Position numbers and translations under genes: made by a program. The notes beneath the pieces were generated by a model. That model saw nothing but the letters and a program-made list of their open reading frames with translations. It had not been told where the DNA came from and did no database searches. Positions 61,613-64,000 of a stretch of DNA of 64,000 bases are shown here, piece after piece. This DNA comes from a virus. Its lineage: Duplodnaviria > Heunggongvirae > Uroviricota > Caudoviricetes. Position 1 is the first letter of the stretch. Each line of letters opens with the position of its first letter. The stretch lies in the IMG/VR virus record IMGVR_UViG_3300018475_001475. One strand, given 5' to 3'.

Positions 61613-64000
61613 TTAGGACAGAGTATTTATTTCATCCACAAATTGTGACGGCATCAATCCGGTATTTTTACCAGTTTTACTTCTAAGAGTTTCTGCAATC
61701 TTCAATAGTGTACCATTCTTTACAAGTACCATTTTGTTGCAATCTTCCTCCATTGCACTGTTGGAAGCGTAGTATGTACGTGCTACATTACTGACAATAC
61801 TAGAAGGAGCATACACATTACCCAGCACGTCTCGCCAATTCCCGTCTGCTCCTTCGATATAGTCAGCGCTTGGGGTTGGGACAGAAACGTTAATCGGAGT
61901 TGTACTGGTGCAATATTTGAACTGACTGCCTATCGATAGTTTTTCAAGTCGGTCCATGTTATACAGCATATTTTGTGTAGTCTTTACGCTCGAATTATTC
62001 CACTTAGAAAAATCTAAAGCTTTTATACTGTCGCAATTTCCGAACATATCTTTCATCGTGGTTACGGATGTTACATCCCAATTAGAAACATCAATATCAC
62101 TTAGAGCATGACACTCTTTAAAAGCCGACTGCATGTTTGTAACACTACCAGTTTCCCAATGAGAAACGTCTACAGTAATCAACGCTTTACAGTTATTGAA
62201 CATCGTCTGCATACTGGTTGCAGAGCTAACATCCCAACCAGAAACATCTCCAATGGTCTCTAGAGATTTACATGCCTGAAACATTCCCGCGAACGTAGTT
62301 ACATGAGACACATCCCAACCAGACAAGTCAAGTCTCGGTAGACTATGACATTGATTGAACATTAGATATGTGGAAGTAAGTTTACGAGTATTCCACCTAC
62401 TAACATCGAGTTCTGTTACATAGTTACAGTTCTGGAATGTACCGGTCATATTGGTGCAAGACGAAACATCCCAGTTCGCAACGTCTAGCGTTTCGAACTT
62501 CATTCCGCCCACGTTGTCAGCAGCGGCAAACACTGTAGTCATATTGCCGACATTAGTGGTATCGAAATTACCAACGTCTAGCGATAGCAAAGCACGTGCA
62601 TCTCTGAACATTCCGCTCATATCGAACGCACTACTAGTGTTGAGTAACCTTAAACCATTCAGCGAAGTTAATGCCGTAAAATAGTCTGTCTTATTATGGT
62701 CGCTAAACATATACGTGGAATCGGAATTGGTGAGAATGATACCAGAACCATTGCCAGATAGTGTTAATTTAGTACCCTCGACGTAAGCCGTTAAACTACC
62801 GTCTTCATCAGCGGAAGCATCCCACGAATCAGTAATGGTTCCCGTAGGAGTATACATATCTTCAATGGCTATTTCCGTGATGGAACTTCTAGCAATAGAC
62901 GACACGTTAGGGTTAAACCAAGTATCGCCAGGCGCGAAACGCGGAATATTATAGTCTACCACTCGAATACTGTCATATACATTTCCGTCAGTAAACAGGT
63001 CTTCGAAATAAACCCAGGACACGTATCCCTTATTTCCAGCGTTAGTAGCGGATGAGTCAACAACAGCAAGCTTGTGAGTTTCCGCATCACATCCGACTAT
63101 TGTAAGCGCATGCGTCTTTCCAGCTACACTAGTGGAACGAATAACAGCATACGTAGGATAACCAAGCATCAATCTATCGATTATAGTCTGTAGGGCAGAG
63201 CTATCGTTTACATTCGTTTTACCATGGTCTGTCCACCCCAACGCGGTTATGGTCTCAGACTCCGTCGCAGTTGTCATGTCGTTGTTTTCCGCAAACATAC
63301 CGTCGCTGTTTAACGTTGCATTAAACCAGTCGAGCCAGTTATTATACTGTTTTTGGGTTCCAGCATAAAAGTGATTCCATATGTGATAACATGCAAAGGT
63401 TACGCACCCGTAATCCGCATAATATACCGTACCGTCAGATGCGGTCCCATATACAATATCAGGATAATTGAACTGATTATCTGCATTTGGGACTTTTAAA
63501 TAAACCGACCTCGGAAACGTAATGTTACGAATGGCCGATAATGCAGCATCACTCCATCTTTTACTTCTAGTAGCAAGTGTGCCAATATTGTCATTTTGAA
63601 TTACGGTCAGGTCGATACAATCTTCGACACCAGAAAGTCTAAACGCAGACTGTCCGATGCTGGTGATGTTAGAAGGAACTAAATCGATTGACGTGATATT
63701 GGGGGTATAGCAGAATGCGAATTCGCCTACGATAGTTACAGATCCGAGACCAGTTACTCTTTCAAGAGAAAGGAACTTCAAGAACATCTTGTTCTGTATG
63801 GAAGTAACCGTAGAACATACTATGATAACTTTTGTTCCGATGCGATAACACATCACACTTCTGTCTTGATCCAACGATCCGTCCCACGATTCGTTTTCTT
63901 TTCCGGTGACCGCGTATTCGGATACGATATCAATCTCGGTGATCAAATGCTGAGCAATACTACCCTTATACCAATTGTTCTCTATGACGAAATTTACCAT
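61613..64000 (-). CDS. large DUF285-repeat surface/tail protein with possible N-terminal papain-like peptidase domain; 5' end beyond window
   Basis: More than 8 tandem about 26-aa units (...WDVSSVT.M..MF..C..L..ID...W...); ORF open to window edge. Confidence 0.6.
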   Translation of the reverse strand: MVNFVIENNWYKGSIAQHLITEIDIVSEYAVTGKENESWDGSLDQDRSVMCYRIGTKVIIVCSTVTSIQNKMFLKFLSLERVTGLGSVTIVGEFAFCYTPNITSIDLVPSNITSIGQSAFRLSGVEDCIDLTVIQNDNIGTLATRSKRWSDAALSAIRNITFPRSVYLKVPNADNQFNYPDIVYGTASDGTVYYADYGCVTFACYHIWNHFYAGTQKQYNNWLDWFNATLNSDGMFAENNDMTTATESETITALGWTDHGKTNVNDSSALQTIIDRLMLGYPTYAVIRSTSVAGKTHALTIVGCDAETHKLAVVDSSATNAGNKGYVSWVYFEDLFTDGNVYDSIRVVDYNIPRFAPGDTWFNPNVSSIARSSITEIAIEDMYTPTGTITDSWDASADEDGSLTAYVEGTKLTLSGNGSGIILTNSDSTYMFSDHNKTDYFTALTSLNGLRLLNTSSAFDMSGMFRDARALLSLDVGNFDTTNVGNMTTVFAAADNVGGMKFETLDVANWDVSSCTNMTGTFQNCNYVTELDVSRWNTRKLTSTYLMFNQCHSLPRLDLSGWDVSHVTTFAGMFQACKSLETIGDVSGWDVSSATSMQTMFNNCKALITVDVSHWETGSVTNMQSAFKECHALSDIDVSNWDVTSVTTMKDMFGNCDSIKALDFSKWNNSSVKTTQNMLYNMDRLEKLSIGSQFKYCTSTTPINVSVPTPSADYIEGADGNWRDVLGNVYAPSSIVSNVARTYYASNSAMEEDCNKMVLVKNGTLLKIAETLRSKTGKNTGLMPSQFVDEINTLS

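Noticed and set aside
1-64000. CRISPR arrays, rRNA and tRNA genes
   Set aside because: No short direct repeats with unique spacers were seen. No rRNA-like conserved stretches. I found no convincing tRNA cloverleaf by eye, but a tRNA scan would be needed to exclude tRNAs in the intergenic regions 23057-23419, 38725-38891 and 61410-61612.

Overview
This window is AT-rich (about one-third GC) and looks like part of a temperate phage or prophage of a low-GC Firmicute, probably Clostridia-like.

**Layout**
- **1-23.1 kb, + strand:** early and metabolic genes. Several are driven by consensus sigma-A-type promoters that share a 5' leader motif, ACAATACAAAATTAAT, placed just before the ribosome-binding site (RBS).
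- **23.4-25.7 kb, + strand:** a large serine recombinase (integrase) and a small ribbon-helix-helix (RHH) protein, ending at a bidirectional terminator.
- **25.7-64 kb, - strand (runs off the window):** tail and late genes.

**Early-region cargo**
- Cysteine desulfurase, a SleB-like cell-wall hydrolase and a dCMP-deaminase-family enzyme.
- An RNA-repair-like set: Rnl1-type RNA ligase, a P-loop kinase fused to an HD domain, an HD-like protein and a metallophosphoesterase.
- An NAD+ supply set: PncA-like nicotinamidase, PRPP synthetase, NadV/NAMPT and NadE.
- Two TARG1-like macrodomain proteins, a WGR-PARP-like ADP-ribosyltransferase and an NAD-dependent DNA ligase.
- A divergent ThyX-like protein, a guanylate-kinase-like protein, a 5'-deoxyribonucleotidase, a class II-type ribonucleotide reductase and a dUTPase.

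**Late-region cargo**
- Tail-tip protein Tal, distal tail protein Dit and a 2811-aa tape measure protein (TMP) with internal tandem repeats.
- A free-standing homing-endonuclease-like gene (HEG) lying between the TMP and a 2531-aa giant protein whose C-terminus resembles a TMP N-terminus.
- A RuvC-like resolvase, two holin-like proteins and two endolysins (amidase-2 and M15 peptidase, both with CW_7/PG-binding modules).
- A translationally coupled operon of undecaprenyl-pyrophosphate synthase, a GlgA-like glycosyltransferase and a Cys-repeat/Hint-domain protein.
- Several receptor-binding-like proteins (LRR/Flg_new, DUF285 repeats, three proteins sharing an N-terminal anchor motif) and a CHAP peptidase.

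No rRNA, tRNA or CRISPR array was recognised. All domain calls rest on motifs I read by eye, not on database searches.
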